Positions 23,292 to 32,814 are shown, counted from the stretch's first letter. The stretch is DNA of 55,985 bases from an uncultured Gemmatimonas sp. (GCA_964428665.1 CAYRZX010000003.1:2114-58098); one strand, 5' to 3'. Numbers and translations are program-made. Notes: generated from the sequence alone by a model not told the origin.

Positions 23292-25307
23292 GTGTGCGGA
23301 ATCGTCGGCGTGGTCAGCCCCGGCGGCCCCCCGGTTGAGCCGGACCTGTTCGCCCGGATGTGCGCGGCGCTGGCGCACCGGGGACCCGACGACCGGGGGA
23401 CCCATCTGTTTTCGTCCGGCCGGGGGCCGGGCGCGGCCCTCGGTCACACCCGCCTCTCCATCCTCGACCTGTCGCCCAGCGGCCGCCAGCCGATGGCGAA
23501 CGAGGACGACTCCGTCCACCTGACCTGCAACGGCGAGATCTACAACCACGCCGAACTCAGGGCGCAGACCGAGGGGCGGGGACATCGCTACCGCTCCCGC
23601 ACCGACGTGGAGGCGATTCTCCACCTCTACGAGGACTTCGGCCTGGCCGCCCCGGAGCGACTGAACGGCATGTTCGCCTTCGGGCTCTGGGACGGCCGGC
23701 GTCAAGAACTGCTCCTGGCCCGCGACCGGGCCGGGGTCAAGCCGCTCTATTACACCTGTTCCGCTGGAAGGCTGGCGTTCGCCTCCGAACTCAAGGCCCT
23801 GCTCCCGCTCCCCTGGGTGAGCCGGGAGATCGACCCGGAGGCCCTCGACCTCTACCTCTCTCTGCTCTACATCCCGGCCCCCTGGAGCATCTTCCGGGAC
23901 ATCCGGAAACTCCCCGCCGGCCACCGCCTCCTCTGGCGGGATGGGGAGGTCAGGATAGAACCCTATTGCGGATTGCGGAATACTCAATTACGAATGACGA
24001 ACCACCACCCCGGACGATTCACCGGATCGTCTCCCTGCCCTGAATTGCGAATTGAAGAACAAAAAATTCGACATTCGACATTCGACATTCGACATTCGCC
24101 CCATTCCGAAATCCGAAATCCAAAATTTTCTGAGGCTGAGGCCGCGGCGGTCCTGCTCGATCACCTCGACCGCTCCGTGGGGATGCAGTTGCAGGGGGAC
24201 GTGCCCGCCGGCGCGCTGCTGAGCGGGGGGATCGACTCCAGCCTGATCGTGGCCCTGATGGCCCGGCGCGTTGGGCGCATCCCCACGTTCTCCGTGGGCT
24301 TCAGGGGCGCGGGCCACTACGACGAGCGGCCTCACGCCCGCCGTGTCGCGCAACTTTTCGGGACGGAACACGTCGAAGAGGAGGTGGACGCGCGCATCTC
24401 GGACCTCCTGCCGGCCCTCGCCAGGGCCTTCGACGAGCCGTTCGGGGACTCTTCAGCGGTCCCCACCTACCTGGTCGCCCGAACTGCTGGCCGCCGGGTG
24501 AAGGTCGTCCTGTCCGGCACGGGGAGCGACGAGCTGTTCGGGGGCTACCGCAGGCACGCCGCCGGGCCGGCCCTCCGGGCCTTCCATTGCCTCCCGACCC
24601 CGGCGCTCCGCGCCGCCTCTGCGCTGCTGTCGCTGCTGCCGGGCTCCCGCACGAGCGCCTTCGGGGAGCGGGTGCTCCTGACCCGCCGCCTGATGGACGC
24701 GGCCTGTGAGCGAGACGGCCGCGCCTATCTCCGGCTCGTCACCTTTCTGGACGAGGGGGCGAAGGAGAAGGTCTGGAAGATGCGGTCAGAGGGGTCCGGT
24801 CTCGTGGAGAGACTCTTCGAGGACCGGGCCGCCGGCCACGACGCCTTTCTGGACCGGGCCCTGGCCTTTGACCGGACCGTGTACCTGCCTGACGACCTCC
24901 TGGTCAAGGAGGATCGGATGAGCATGGCCGTCTCGGTGGAGGGCCGGGTGCCGTTTCTGGACAACAGTCTGGTGGGCTTTGTCGTCGGCCTCCCTTCCTC
25001 GCTCCACGCGCGGGGCCGGGTGACCAAGCCCCTGCTCAGGCGGGCCGCAGCCGGCCTGTTGCCGGACGACATCCTCCATCGCCCCAAGCACGGGTTTGGC
25101 GTCCCGATCTCCGAGTGGCTGCGAGGCGACCTGAGGGGGATGGGGCGCGACCTGCTGCTCGGCCCTTCGGCCCGGCTCCGGGGCCTCCTTGACGCCGGGG
25201 GGGTCTCGGCGCTGTGGGAGCGGCACGCTCAGCGGAGGGCCGACCTCGGCCCGGCCCTCTGGGGGCTGATCATGCTGGAGCTGTGGTGTCAGGAGTATGC
25301 CGCGTAA
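23292..25307 (+). CDS. Asparagine synthase (glutamine-hydrolysing) family amidotransferase, AsnB-like, with in-frame repeat insertion
   Basis: A GTG start at 23292 gives the obligatory M-CGIVG N-terminal nucleophile. LSGGIDSS PP-loop is present. GAGAGG RBS 6 nt upstream. Confidence 0.85.
   Translation: MCGIVGVVSPGGPPVEPDLFARMCAALAHRGPDDRGTHLFSSGRGPGAALGHTRLSILDLSPSGRQPMANEDDSVHLTCNGEIYNHAELRAQTEGRGHRYRSRTDVEAILHLYEDFGLAAPERLNGMFAFGLWDGRRQELLLARDRAGVKPLYYTCSAGRLAFASELKALLPLPWVSREIDPEALDLYLSLLYIPAPWSIFRDIRKLPAGHRLLWRDGEVRIEPYCGLRNTQLRMTNHHPGRFTGSSPCPELRIEEQKIRHSTFDIRHSPHSEIRNPKFSEAEAAAVLLDHLDRSVGMQLQGDVPAGALLSGGIDSSLIVALMARRVGRIPTFSVGFRGAGHYDERPHARRVAQLFGTEHVEEEVDARISDLLPALARAFDEPFGDSSAVPTYLVARTAGRRVKVVLSGTGSDELFGGYRRHAAGPALRAFHCLPTPALRAASALLSLLPGSRTSAFGERVLLTRRLMDAACERDGRAYLRLVTFLDEGAKEKVWKMRSEGSGLVERLFEDRAAGHDAFLDRALAFDRTVYLPDDLLVKEDRMSMAVSVEGRVPFLDNSLVGFVVGLPSSLHARGRVTKPLLRRAAAGLLPDDILHRPKHGFGVPISEWLRGDLRGMGRDLLLGPSARLRGLLDAGGVSALWERHAQRRADLGPALWGLIMLELWCQEYAA
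23967..24131. repeat. About 165-bp low-GC heptamer-structured insertion, in frame, in the AsnB-like interdomain linker
   Basis: ATTGCGG x2 ... ATTCGAC x4 ... CCGAAAT x2. Encodes CGLRNTQLRMTNHHPGRFTGSSPCPELRIEEQKIRHSTFDIRHSPHSEIRNPKFS between the glutaminase and synthetase domains. Confidence 0.75.
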
Positions 25308-26439
25308 AACGTCGTTGCGCGTCCTGTTTGTCATGCCCTACGGCCCCCTGGCCGCCAGCAGCCGGACGCGGGTTTATCAGTATTTTCCCTACCTGGACCG
25401 GGCGGGGATTCAGTATGACGTCCTGACGGTCTTCCCAGACGCCCGCATGGACGGCATCACCCTCCCCCTGTTGAGGGGACGGGCGCGCAAGGTCGTCTAT
25501 TACATCGAGGGCTGGATCAGGGCCCTCTGCGTGGGCTGGCGCACGCTCCTCCGGGCGCGGCGCTACGATGTCCTTTTTTTTCAGCGGGCCGTGTTTCCCT
25601 GGCCCCTCCCGGCGCTGTTCCGGCGCCGGCGCGCAAGGGTCGTTTACGACTTCGACGACGCGATCTTCACCACCGATATCACGGAGAAAAGCCTCGTCAA
25701 CCGGGTCGTGCGCTGGCGGAACAGCCGGGGGCTGCCCCCCCTGCTCAGGGCCTCCGCGCACGCCGTCGTGGAGAACGACTACACGCGGACCTACGCGGAG
25801 CGCTACTGTCCCCGCGTCTCCACGATCACCGGTCCCATCGACACGGAGCGATACCGGCCCTCAGAGGTCCCGAAGTCGTCCGACGATCCCATCGTCCTCG
25901 GCTGGATCGGAAGCCCGACGACCGAGAAGTACCTGGAGATGATCCGGGGGCCGCTGGAGGAGGTCGGGAGGCGGTTTTCGGGCGTCCGCCTCCTGCTGGT
26001 GGGGGCCTCGGCGTTCGAGGTCGCAGGCCTCCCCACCGAGCGCCGGAGGTGGGGGCTGGAGCGGGAGGTGTCCGACCTCCAGGCGTTCGACATCGGCCTG
26101 ATGCCCCTGCCCGATGACGAGTGGACGCGGGGCAAGGGGGGGTACAAGTTGCTCCAGTACATGGCCGTCGCCGTCCCGGCGGTCGCCAGCCCCGTGGGGG
26201 TCAACCGCATCCTCGTCTCCGACGGCGTGGACGGTTTCCACGCGACCGGGGAGGAGGAATGGGGGGATCGTCTCTGTCGCCTGATCCGGGACGCTGACCT
26301 CCGCCGCCAAATGGGCGCGGCGGGACGCCGGAAGATGGAGCGGGAGTATGCCCTGTCGGTCAGCGCCGGCCGTCTCATCGAAATCCTGAAAGCGACGTGT
26401 CCAGACCCATCCGCATCCTCCGCATCATCGACCGCCTGA
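25297..26439 (+). CDS. Glycosyltransferase family 4 (GT-B, Glycos_transf_1)
   Basis: 380 aa with C-terminal E-x7-E region ...GKGGYKLLQYMAVAVPAVASPVG. Overlaps the asnB-like stop by 11 nt. Confidence 0.8.
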   Translation: MPRKTSLRVLFVMPYGPLAASSRTRVYQYFPYLDRAGIQYDVLTVFPDARMDGITLPLLRGRARKVVYYIEGWIRALCVGWRTLLRARRYDVLFFQRAVFPWPLPALFRRRRARVVYDFDDAIFTTDITEKSLVNRVVRWRNSRGLPPLLRASAHAVVENDYTRTYAERYCPRVSTITGPIDTERYRPSEVPKSSDDPIVLGWIGSPTTEKYLEMIRGPLEEVGRRFSGVRLLLVGASAFEVAGLPTERRRWGLEREVSDLQAFDIGLMPLPDDEWTRGKGGYKLLQYMAVAVPAVASPVGVNRILVSDGVDGFHATGEEEWGDRLCRLIRDADLRRQMGAAGRRKMEREYALSVSAGRLIEILKATCPDPSASSASSTA

Positions 26440-27590
26440 ACGTGGGGGGGCCCACGCACCACGTGACCCTGCTGACGCGCCGGCTGGAGGAGCGGGGGTA
26501 CCGGACGACCCTCGTCAAGGGGTGCGTGGCCCCAGGCGAGGTCGAGATGACGGACGTGATCGCCGAGGCGGGCGTGCGGCCCGTTCACGTGCCCACCCTG
26601 GGTCGGGGGATGTCCTGGCGGGACGACCCGACCTCGCTCGTGGCCCTCTGCCGACTCATCCGGCGTGTGCGCCCCGACGTGGTCCACACGCACAAGTCCA
26701 AGGCCGGGGCCCTGGGCCGGGTCGCGTCCCGGCTGACCGGGGTCCCGGTGGTGGTGCACACCTTTCACGGCCACGTGTTCCGCGGCTACTTCGGCCCGGT
26801 CGCGTCCGCCGCCGCCGTGCTCCTGGAGCGGCTGTTCGGCGCGTGGACCGACGCGGTCGTGGCGATCAGCCCGGCCCAGCGCCGGGACCTGCTCGGCTTT
26901 CGCATCGCGCCGCCGGAGCGGGTGCGCTGCGTCCCCCTCGGCCTGCGGCTCGACCGCTTCCGTTGCGCGGACCGGGTCGCCGGGCAGTTCCGCGCGGAGG
27001 TGGGGGTCGCCCCTGCCCAGCCCCTGGCCGGGTACGTCGGGCGTCTCGTCCCGATCAAGGGGGTGGAGGTCTTCCTCAGGGCTGCGGCGCGTGTCCTGCG
27101 AAGCCTGCCCGATGCCCGGTTCGTGGTCGTGGGGGACGGGGAGCGCAGGCCGGCCCTGGAGGCAGAGGCGGAGGCCCTGGGGATTGCAGGGGCCGTCCGC
27201 TTCACGGGCTATCGCCGGGACGCAGACCGGGTCTACGCCTCGCTCGACCTGTTCGTCCTCCCCTCCTTCAACGAGGGGCTGCCCGTCACGATCATTGAGG
27301 CCCTCGTCGCCGGGTGTTACGTGGTGGCCTCGCGGGTGGGCGGCGTCCCGGACCTGCTGACGAGCGAGCGGCTCGGCCTGACGGTCGAGCCGGGGGACCC
27401 GGAGGCCCTGTCCGGGGCGATGGTCAGGGCGTTGTCGGAGCGGCGAAGAGTGGCGGAGGAGGACCGGGACGCGACGCGCCGGCGCTATGACATCGACCGC
27501 CTGGTGGAGGACTTAGACGGTCTGTATCGGAGGCTTCTCAAACGCAAGGGGTGCAGATTGGAAGGTTTTCGGGAGGACAAGGACGTATGA
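26397..27590 (+). CDS. Glycosyltransferase family 4 (GT-B)
   Basis: IRILRIIDRLNVGGPTHHV N-terminus and FVLPSFNEGLPVTIIEALVAGCYVVASRVGG motif. GTG start. Confidence 0.8.
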   Translation: MSRPIRILRIIDRLNVGGPTHHVTLLTRRLEERGYRTTLVKGCVAPGEVEMTDVIAEAGVRPVHVPTLGRGMSWRDDPTSLVALCRLIRRVRPDVVHTHKSKAGALGRVASRLTGVPVVVHTFHGHVFRGYFGPVASAAAVLLERLFGAWTDAVVAISPAQRRDLLGFRIAPPERVRCVPLGLRLDRFRCADRVAGQFRAEVGVAPAQPLAGYVGRLVPIKGVEVFLRAAARVLRSLPDARFVVVGDGERRPALEAEAEALGIAGAVRFTGYRRDADRVYASLDLFVLPSFNEGLPVTIIEALVAGCYVVASRVGGVPDLLTSERLGLTVEPGDPEALSGAMVRALSERRRVAEEDRDATRRRYDIDRLVEDLDGLYRRLLKRKGCRLEGFREDKDV

Positions 27591-28552
27591 GAGTGCTCAT
27601 CACGGGTGGGGCAGGGTTCATCGGGTCGCATCTCGCGGATCGTCTGCTGGCCAGAGGGGATGAGGTCTACGCGATCGACAACCTGTCCACCGGCAGCTTT
27701 TCCAACATCAGCCATCTGGAGGATCACCCCCGCTTTCACCTCACCATAGACACCGTCCAGGACCAGAAGGTCATGAAGGACCTGGTGTCCCGGTGCGATG
27801 TCATCTACCACCTCGCCGCCGCCGTGGGCGTGCAGTACGTGATCGACAACCCCCTGGAGTCCCTGATCAACAACATCCGGGGCACGGAGATCGTCCTGGA
27901 GCAGGCCAACGTCGAGAAGAAGAAGGTCATCCTGGCCTCCTCGTCAGAGATCTACGGCAAGAAGAACGGCAAGGTCCCCTTCCGGGAGGACGACGACCGC
28001 ATCCTCGGCCCCACGACCGTCATCCGGTGGAGCTACTCCACCTCCAAGGCCGTTGATGAGTTGCTGGCCCTGGCCTACTGGCGGGAGAAGAGGCTGCCCA
28101 CGGTCATCGTCCGCTGCTTCAACGTGATCGGCCCCCGCCAGACCGGGCGCTACGGCATGGTCGTCCCCCGGTTCATCAAGCAGGCCCTCCTCAACCACCC
28201 GATCACGATCTACGGCGACGGCGAGCAGCGCCGCTGCTTCACCGACATCGACGACGCCTTAGACGGCCTCATCGCCCTGGCCGAGCATCCCGGCGCGGTC
28301 GGGGAGATCTTCAACCTGGGGTCCAACTTCGAGATCAGCATCAAGGACCTGGCGCACAAGATCAAGACCATGACCGAGAGTTCGTCCCCCATCAAGTTCA
28401 TCCCCTACGAGGAGGCGTTCGCCAACGGATGGTATGAGGACCTCCACTACCGGGTGCCGAACCTGGACAAGATCAAGGCCCTGGTCAACTACGACCCGAA
28501 GTTCAACCTCGACGCCACGCTCAGAAAGATCATCGCCTACCACGAGGCGTAA
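27587..28552 (+). CDS. NAD-dependent epimerase/dehydratase (UDP-sugar decarboxylase/dehydratase-like extended SDR)
   Basis: MRVLITGGAGFIGSHL, YSTSK catalytic motif. The ATG overlaps the upstream stop (ATGA). Confidence 0.9.
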   Translation: MRVLITGGAGFIGSHLADRLLARGDEVYAIDNLSTGSFSNISHLEDHPRFHLTIDTVQDQKVMKDLVSRCDVIYHLAAAVGVQYVIDNPLESLINNIRGTEIVLEQANVEKKKVILASSSEIYGKKNGKVPFREDDDRILGPTTVIRWSYSTSKAVDELLALAYWREKRLPTVIVRCFNVIGPRQTGRYGMVVPRFIKQALLNHPITIYGDGEQRRCFTDIDDALDGLIALAEHPGAVGEIFNLGSNFEISIKDLAHKIKTMTESSSPIKFIPYEEAFANGWYEDLHYRVPNLDKIKALVNYDPKFNLDATLRKIIAYHEA

Positions 28553-28555
28553 AAA

Positions 28556-28697
28556 ACAGCGCGGAACGATGAACGCGGAACGATGAACGCGGAACGATGA
28601 AAAGGCAACGCGGAATGATGAACGCGGAACGATGAACGAAAAGCAAAACAAGTTTATGCCTTTACTTCATCGTTCTGACTTCATCGTTCATCGTTTA
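28556..28697. repeat. 14-nt (2x7) tandem array GCGGAAC-GATGAAC x5 plus inverted partner (GTTCATC units)
   Basis: Left array 28561-28637, right arm 28664-28697. Together they form a long imperfect hairpin between the dehydratase gene and rpmH. Confidence 0.85.
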
Positions 28698-28715
28698 ACA
28701 CAGGAGGCTTTTTCT

Positions 28716-28853
28716 ATGAAGCGGACTTTCCAGCCCAGCAATCGCAAGAAGAGCAACAAGCACGGCTTCCGGGAGCGCATGAGGACCCCGGGCGGGCGCA
28801 AGACCCTCAACCGCCGCCGCGCCAAGGGCCGCAAGCGGGTGTCGGTGCAATAA
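28716..28853 (+). CDS. rpmH: 50S ribosomal protein L34
   Basis: [45 protein letters not shown] with an AGGAGG RBS. Confidence 0.95.
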   Translation: MKRTFQPSNRKKSNKHGFRERMRTPGGRKTLNRRRAKGRKRVSVQ

Positions 28854-28856
28854 AAG

Positions 28857-28930
28857 AGTTCAAGGTTAGAAAGTTGAAAGTTCAAAGTTAGAACCTTGAA
28901 CCTTGAACCTTGAACCTTAAACTTTGAGCC
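28857..28930. repeat. Heptamer hairpin repeat (GTTCAAG / AACCTTG units), copy A
   Basis: 28880-28918 is identical over 39 nt to 32795-32833. The flanks are also similar. Confidence 0.9.
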
Positions 28931-28935
28931 TTGTC

Positions 28936-30048
28936 ATGCGCATCGACCGCATCGAGATCTACTACGTCCGCCTGCCGCTGATCTATCCCTGGAAGACTGC
29001 CTACGGCGAGGACGCGGACATCCACTCCGTGCTGTTTCGGATGACCTCCGGGGACTTCGAGGGCTGGGGCGAGACCACCCCCTTCTTCGCCCCGACCTAC
29101 TCCCCGGAGACGGCCTCCACGGTCTTCGTCCTGAACCAGGAGGTCTTCTGCCCCGCGCTGGTGGGCAGGGACCTTGAGACGGCGGAGGATCTGCTGGACG
29201 CCCTGAAGGTCTTCAAGGGCAACCCCTTCGCCAAGGCCGGTCCCGAGTCGGCCTGGTGGGACCTGAAGGCCCGGATGGAGGGAAAGCCCCTGCATCGCCT
29301 GCTGGGGGGGGAGCGGAAGGTGGTGGACGCGGGGTCCGACTTCGGCGTGCAGGACACGCTCGACATGCTCCTTCAGAAGATCCAGGGGGCCATCGACCGG
29401 GGCTTCAAGCGGACCAAGCTCAAGGTGCGCCCCGGCTGGGACCTGGAGATGCTCAAACTGGTCCGCAGCACGTTTCCGAGGCACACCTTCCACATCGACT
29501 GCAACTCCGGCTACGCGCTGAGTGACCTGCCGTTCTTCAGGGCGGTGGACAGGCTGGGCCTGGCCATGATCGAGCAGCCTCTGTTCCACCGCGACCTGCT
29601 CGACCACGCGGAGCTCCAGCGCCAGCTCGACACCCCGGTCTGCCTGGACGAGTCCGTCACGTCCCTGCGCGACTTCGAGCAGGCCCTGCAACTGAAGGCC
29701 TGCCGCTACCTGAACATCAAGTACGGGCGCGTGGGCGGCATTTCGGTGGCCAAAGCCCTCCATGACCGCGCCCGCGACGCGGGCATCCCCTGCTGGGTGG
29801 GGGGCATGCTGGAGAGCGGGGTCGGCGCCGGCCTCAACGTCGAGCTGGCCAGCCTGGGCAACTTCACCTACCCCGCCGACCTCTTCCCCTCCGCCTTCTT
29901 CTACCGCCAGGACCTCACGGAGCCGGAGCTGGTCCTGAACCCGGACTGCACGTTCACGGTATCTACCGTCCCCGGCGCTCCCTACCGGCCTATCCTGGAG
30001 CGGATCGAGGCGGCTACGCTCCGCAAGGCCGTCATAAGACCATCTTAG
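28936..30048 (+). CDS. Enolase-superfamily enzyme, o-succinylbenzoate synthase / N-acylamino-acid racemase (MenC) family
   Basis: MRIDRIEIYYVRLPL..., KLKV (KxK), IDCNSGY, MIEQP, LDES, NIKYGRVGG metal/acid-base motifs. Confidence 0.8.
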   Translation: MRIDRIEIYYVRLPLIYPWKTAYGEDADIHSVLFRMTSGDFEGWGETTPFFAPTYSPETASTVFVLNQEVFCPALVGRDLETAEDLLDALKVFKGNPFAKAGPESAWWDLKARMEGKPLHRLLGGERKVVDAGSDFGVQDTLDMLLQKIQGAIDRGFKRTKLKVRPGWDLEMLKLVRSTFPRHTFHIDCNSGYALSDLPFFRAVDRLGLAMIEQPLFHRDLLDHAELQRQLDTPVCLDESVTSLRDFEQALQLKACRYLNIKYGRVGGISVAKALHDRARDAGIPCWVGGMLESGVGAGLNVELASLGNFTYPADLFPSAFFYRQDLTEPELVLNPDCTFTVSTVPGAPYRPILERIEAATLRKAVIRPS

Positions 30049-30050
30049 AG

Positions 30051-30896
30051 ATGAGCAACATCCTTATTACAGGTACCAGCGGCTTCATCGGCCGCCAGTT
30101 GGCGCAAGCCATGTCGCGTAGTCACCGCGTCGTCTGCCTGTCTCGAAAGGAGACGGAGGTGGACGGCGTGGCGGCCCTCCAGGGGGACTTCACCTCGCCC
30201 GACGACCTGCGCCGGCTCGATTCGCACCCCATTGACGTGGTCGTCCACCTGGCCGCGGTGACCGGCGGCTGCTCCGAGGAGGACGGGCTCCGTGTGAATG
30301 TCCTGGGCACGCACGGCCTGCTGCGCTACCTGATCGGCCGGGGGTGCAGGAAGTTCGTCCTGGCCAGCTCCATCGCCGCGGTCGGGTTCCAGTCCGTCCA
30401 ATTCAGGCCCCTCCGGTTGCCCATGCCCGACGAGCACCCCTGCCTGGACCGGGACGGCTACGGCCTCTCCAAGTATCTCATGGAGGAGGTGGCCCGCTAC
30501 CTCTCCCGGCAGGACGAGGGCCTGGACTTCATCGCCATCCGCCTGGCCAGCATCCTCCCCGATGACCGCGCGCCGAGGCCCCGGAAGGCCGGCCCGATCA
30601 CGCCCTGGGCCATCGGGTCGCTCTCCGTCATGTACGCCAGCGACGCCGTGCGCTGCTTCGCCATGGCCGCGGAGGCCCCCTTCAAGCCGGGCGTTCGGAT
30701 TCTGAACGCGGTGGGTGCTCAGGCCTGCGCGGAGGACACGGTCCCGGAGATCCTCCGCGCCTGGTACGGCCCTGACGCCGATAGGATCGACCTGTCCCAC
30801 TATGAGCGCCCCGGCCACGAGCGGGACCCGGTGTTCGACATCTCGCGCATCCGGGAGGAGCTGGGGTTCGCGCCGGAGCGGAGCGTATTGAGCTGA
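30051..30896 (+). CDS. NAD-dependent epimerase/dehydratase family protein (SDR)
   Basis: ILITGTSGFIGRQL Rossmann motif and YGLSK catalytic motif. Confidence 0.75.
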   Translation: MSNILITGTSGFIGRQLAQAMSRSHRVVCLSRKETEVDGVAALQGDFTSPDDLRRLDSHPIDVVVHLAAVTGGCSEEDGLRVNVLGTHGLLRYLIGRGCRKFVLASSIAAVGFQSVQFRPLRLPMPDEHPCLDRDGYGLSKYLMEEVARYLSRQDEGLDFIAIRLASILPDDRAPRPRKAGPITPWAIGSLSVMYASDAVRCFAMAAEAPFKPGVRILNAVGAQACAEDTVPEILRAWYGPDADRIDLSHYERPGHERDPVFDISRIREELGFAPERSVLS

Positions 30897-30898
30897 TC

Positions 30899-31768
30899 GT
30901 GAAAAATGCCCTGACCATAGACCTGGAGGACTGGTACCACCCGGAGCTGGTCAAGCGCCACGTCCCTGAGCACCCTGAACCGCAGATCGAGGCGTCCACG
31001 CATCGCATCCTGGACCTGCTGGGCCGGCATCGCGTCAGGGCCACGTTCTTCGTCCTGGGCGACGTGGCGCGGAGGCATCCGTGCCTGATCCGGGCGATCC
31101 GGGACGGGGGGCACGAGATCGCCTCTCACGGCATGACCCACGCGCCCCTGTGGGACCTGGACTATGACGGTCTGGACCGGGAGTTGAAGGCCTTTCGCGA
31201 GGTCATGGACGAGGTCCTGGGGCCGGGGGCGAGCCTGGCGGGCTTTCGGGCGCCCACCTTCTCGATGGACAACCGGACCCGGTATGCGATGAGGTGTCTC
31301 GCGGACAATGGCTACCTCTACGACACGAGCGTCTTCCCGGTGAAGAATTATATGTACGGCGTGAAGGGCGTGCCGTGCGCCCTCTACAGGCCCGACCTGA
31401 ACGACCTCAGCCGCCAGGATGCCCGGTCGGCCATTCTCGAATTTCCCCTGACCGTCTTCGAGTGGGGCAGGGTCAGAATCCCCGTGAGCGGAGGGTTTTA
31501 CCTCAGGATTTTCCCCTACTTTATCCTGAAGTCACTCCTCCGGAAAATCAATCGGACGCGGCCCTTTGTGATCTATTTTCACCCGTGGGAGGTCTATCCT
31601 GAGACGCGAAGGGTCAAAGGGATCGGCCTCAAAAATTACTGGATCACATACTACGGCGTCAAAAATGCCCTCTGGAAAATTGAGCGCCTCCTGCAGGATT
31701 TTGACTTTGAGCCGATGAAGGACGTCATCCAGCGTGCGACGCGGGCGGAGTATGCGACCGGGGCGTGA
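30899..31768 (+). CDS. Polysaccharide deacetylase family protein (with DUF3473-type C-terminal region, as in PEP-CTERM/EPS loci)
   Basis: LTIDLEDWYH, ATFFVLGDVARRHP, GHEIASHGMTH motifs. GTG start. Confidence 0.8.
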   Translation: MKNALTIDLEDWYHPELVKRHVPEHPEPQIEASTHRILDLLGRHRVRATFFVLGDVARRHPCLIRAIRDGGHEIASHGMTHAPLWDLDYDGLDRELKAFREVMDEVLGPGASLAGFRAPTFSMDNRTRYAMRCLADNGYLYDTSVFPVKNYMYGVKGVPCALYRPDLNDLSRQDARSAILEFPLTVFEWGRVRIPVSGGFYLRIFPYFILKSLLRKINRTRPFVIYFHPWEVYPETRRVKGIGLKNYWITYYGVKNALWKIERLLQDFDFEPMKDVIQRATRAEYATGA

Positions 31769-32477
31769 TCAGATCAAGGACTACTTTGAGAGGTGCGCGG
31801 ATCGCTTCGACGGGTTTTATAAGGAGGGCCACAGGAGTCTGTTTCAACACCTGGCCCACGTCGTCTTCCGAAAGCCCGGCCTGGTGCGGCGCTTTCAGGC
31901 CACGGTCGATATCCTCGGAGACGTCCGGGGAAAGGCCATCCTGGATGTGGGGTGCGGGTCCGGGGTCTACGCCATTTACTTCGCCCGGAAGGGCGCGGAG
32001 GTGACCGGCATCGACTTCTCCGAGGGCATGCTCTCCCTGGCTCGCAAAAACGCCAGGGATGAACACTGCGAGGTCCGGTTTATACACGGTGATTTTCTGA
32101 AGTGTCCACTAAATGCCCGCTTCGACCATGTGCTCTTCATAGGCGTGTTCGATTACGTCAAAAAAAGGGACCTTCTCATCTACTTTGAGAAGGCCCTGCG
32201 GGTCACCGATCAAAAAATCGTCGCGACGTTCCCGAAGCGGTACACGCTCCTTCAGACGCCCATCCGCTATCTCTGGCTCAGGCGTCAGGGCTGCCCGGTC
32301 TACTTCTACACCGAAAGACAGATCAGGGCCATCGCCAAACAGTTAGGCCTTTCATTAAAGTTTCACAACTGCGGCCCGATATGGACCGTGGAGTTCACCC
32401 CAAAAATGACCACAGACCACAGACCACAGACCACAGACCACAACCCTTATGCGAACCAGCCTCCAGAAACGAGTTGA
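31752..32477 (+). CDS. Class I SAM-dependent methyltransferase
   Basis: ILDVGCGSGVYAIYFARKGAEVTGIDFSEGML. Start uncertain (GTG 31734 or ATG 31752). The C-terminus is encoded by GACCACA repeats. Confidence 0.75.
   Translation: MRPGRDQIKDYFERCADRFDGFYKEGHRSLFQHLAHVVFRKPGLVRRFQATVDILGDVRGKAILDVGCGSGVYAIYFARKGAEVTGIDFSEGMLSLARKNARDEHCEVRFIHGDFLKCPLNARFDHVLFIGVFDYVKKRDLLIYFEKALRVTDQKIVATFPKRYTLLQTPIRYLWLRRQGCPVYFYTERQIRAIAKQLGLSLKFHNCGPIWTVEFTPKMTTDHRPQTTDHNPYANQPPETS
32408..32442. repeat. Heptamer tandem repeat (GACCACA)x5 inside the MTase 3' end
   Basis: Perfect 5 x 7 nt, translated as TTDHRPQTTDH. Ends 6 nt before the rnpA ATG. Confidence 0.9.
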
Positions 32478-32814
32478 AACGGTCCGCAAGACAGGAATGC
32501 GAGGGCGAGGCCAGTGGCTCCGGGTCTGCTCCGGCCCTGACGCGGAGGGCCGCGTCGTCATCTCTGTTCGGCGAAAGTTCGGCAAGGCCGTCCAGCGAAA
32601 CCGCATCCGTCGCCAGCTTCGCGTCCTCTGCCGCGCCCTGTCCGACGCCTCGTGGGATGCCCGGCTCACCCTCCTGTCCGTGGATGACCGGGCCGGTGGG
32701 GTCTCTTACGCGGCGCTCCGGGAGGACCTGGCGAAGGCGCTGAGACAGGCCAGGGTGCCGGTTCGTGAAAAAGTTCAAGGTTTTAAGTTAGAAGGTTCAA
32801 AGTTAGAACCTTGA
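32449..32814 (+). CDS. rnpA: Ribonuclease P protein component
   Basis: Basic 121-aa protein with VSVRRKFGKAVQRNRIRRQLR (the RNR motif region), directly upstream of yidD. The last 12 or so codons lie in repeat copy B. Confidence 0.7.
   Translation: MRTSLQKRVETVRKTGMRGRGQWLRVCSGPDAEGRVVISVRRKFGKAVQRNRIRRQLRVLCRALSDASWDARLTLLSVDDRAGGVSYAALREDLAKALRQARVPVREKVQGFKLEGSKLEP

Noticed and set aside
28556-28640. Possible CRISPR array (regular short repeats)
   Set aside because: The period is 14 nt (two heptamers) with no unique spacers, and the inverted complement follows to form a hairpin. No cas genes are in the window.
28632-28715. Upstream extension of rpmH in track ORF 28632..28853
   Set aside because: The extension is encoded by the heptamer hairpin. 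L34 begins at MKRTFQP with a good AGGAGG RBS.
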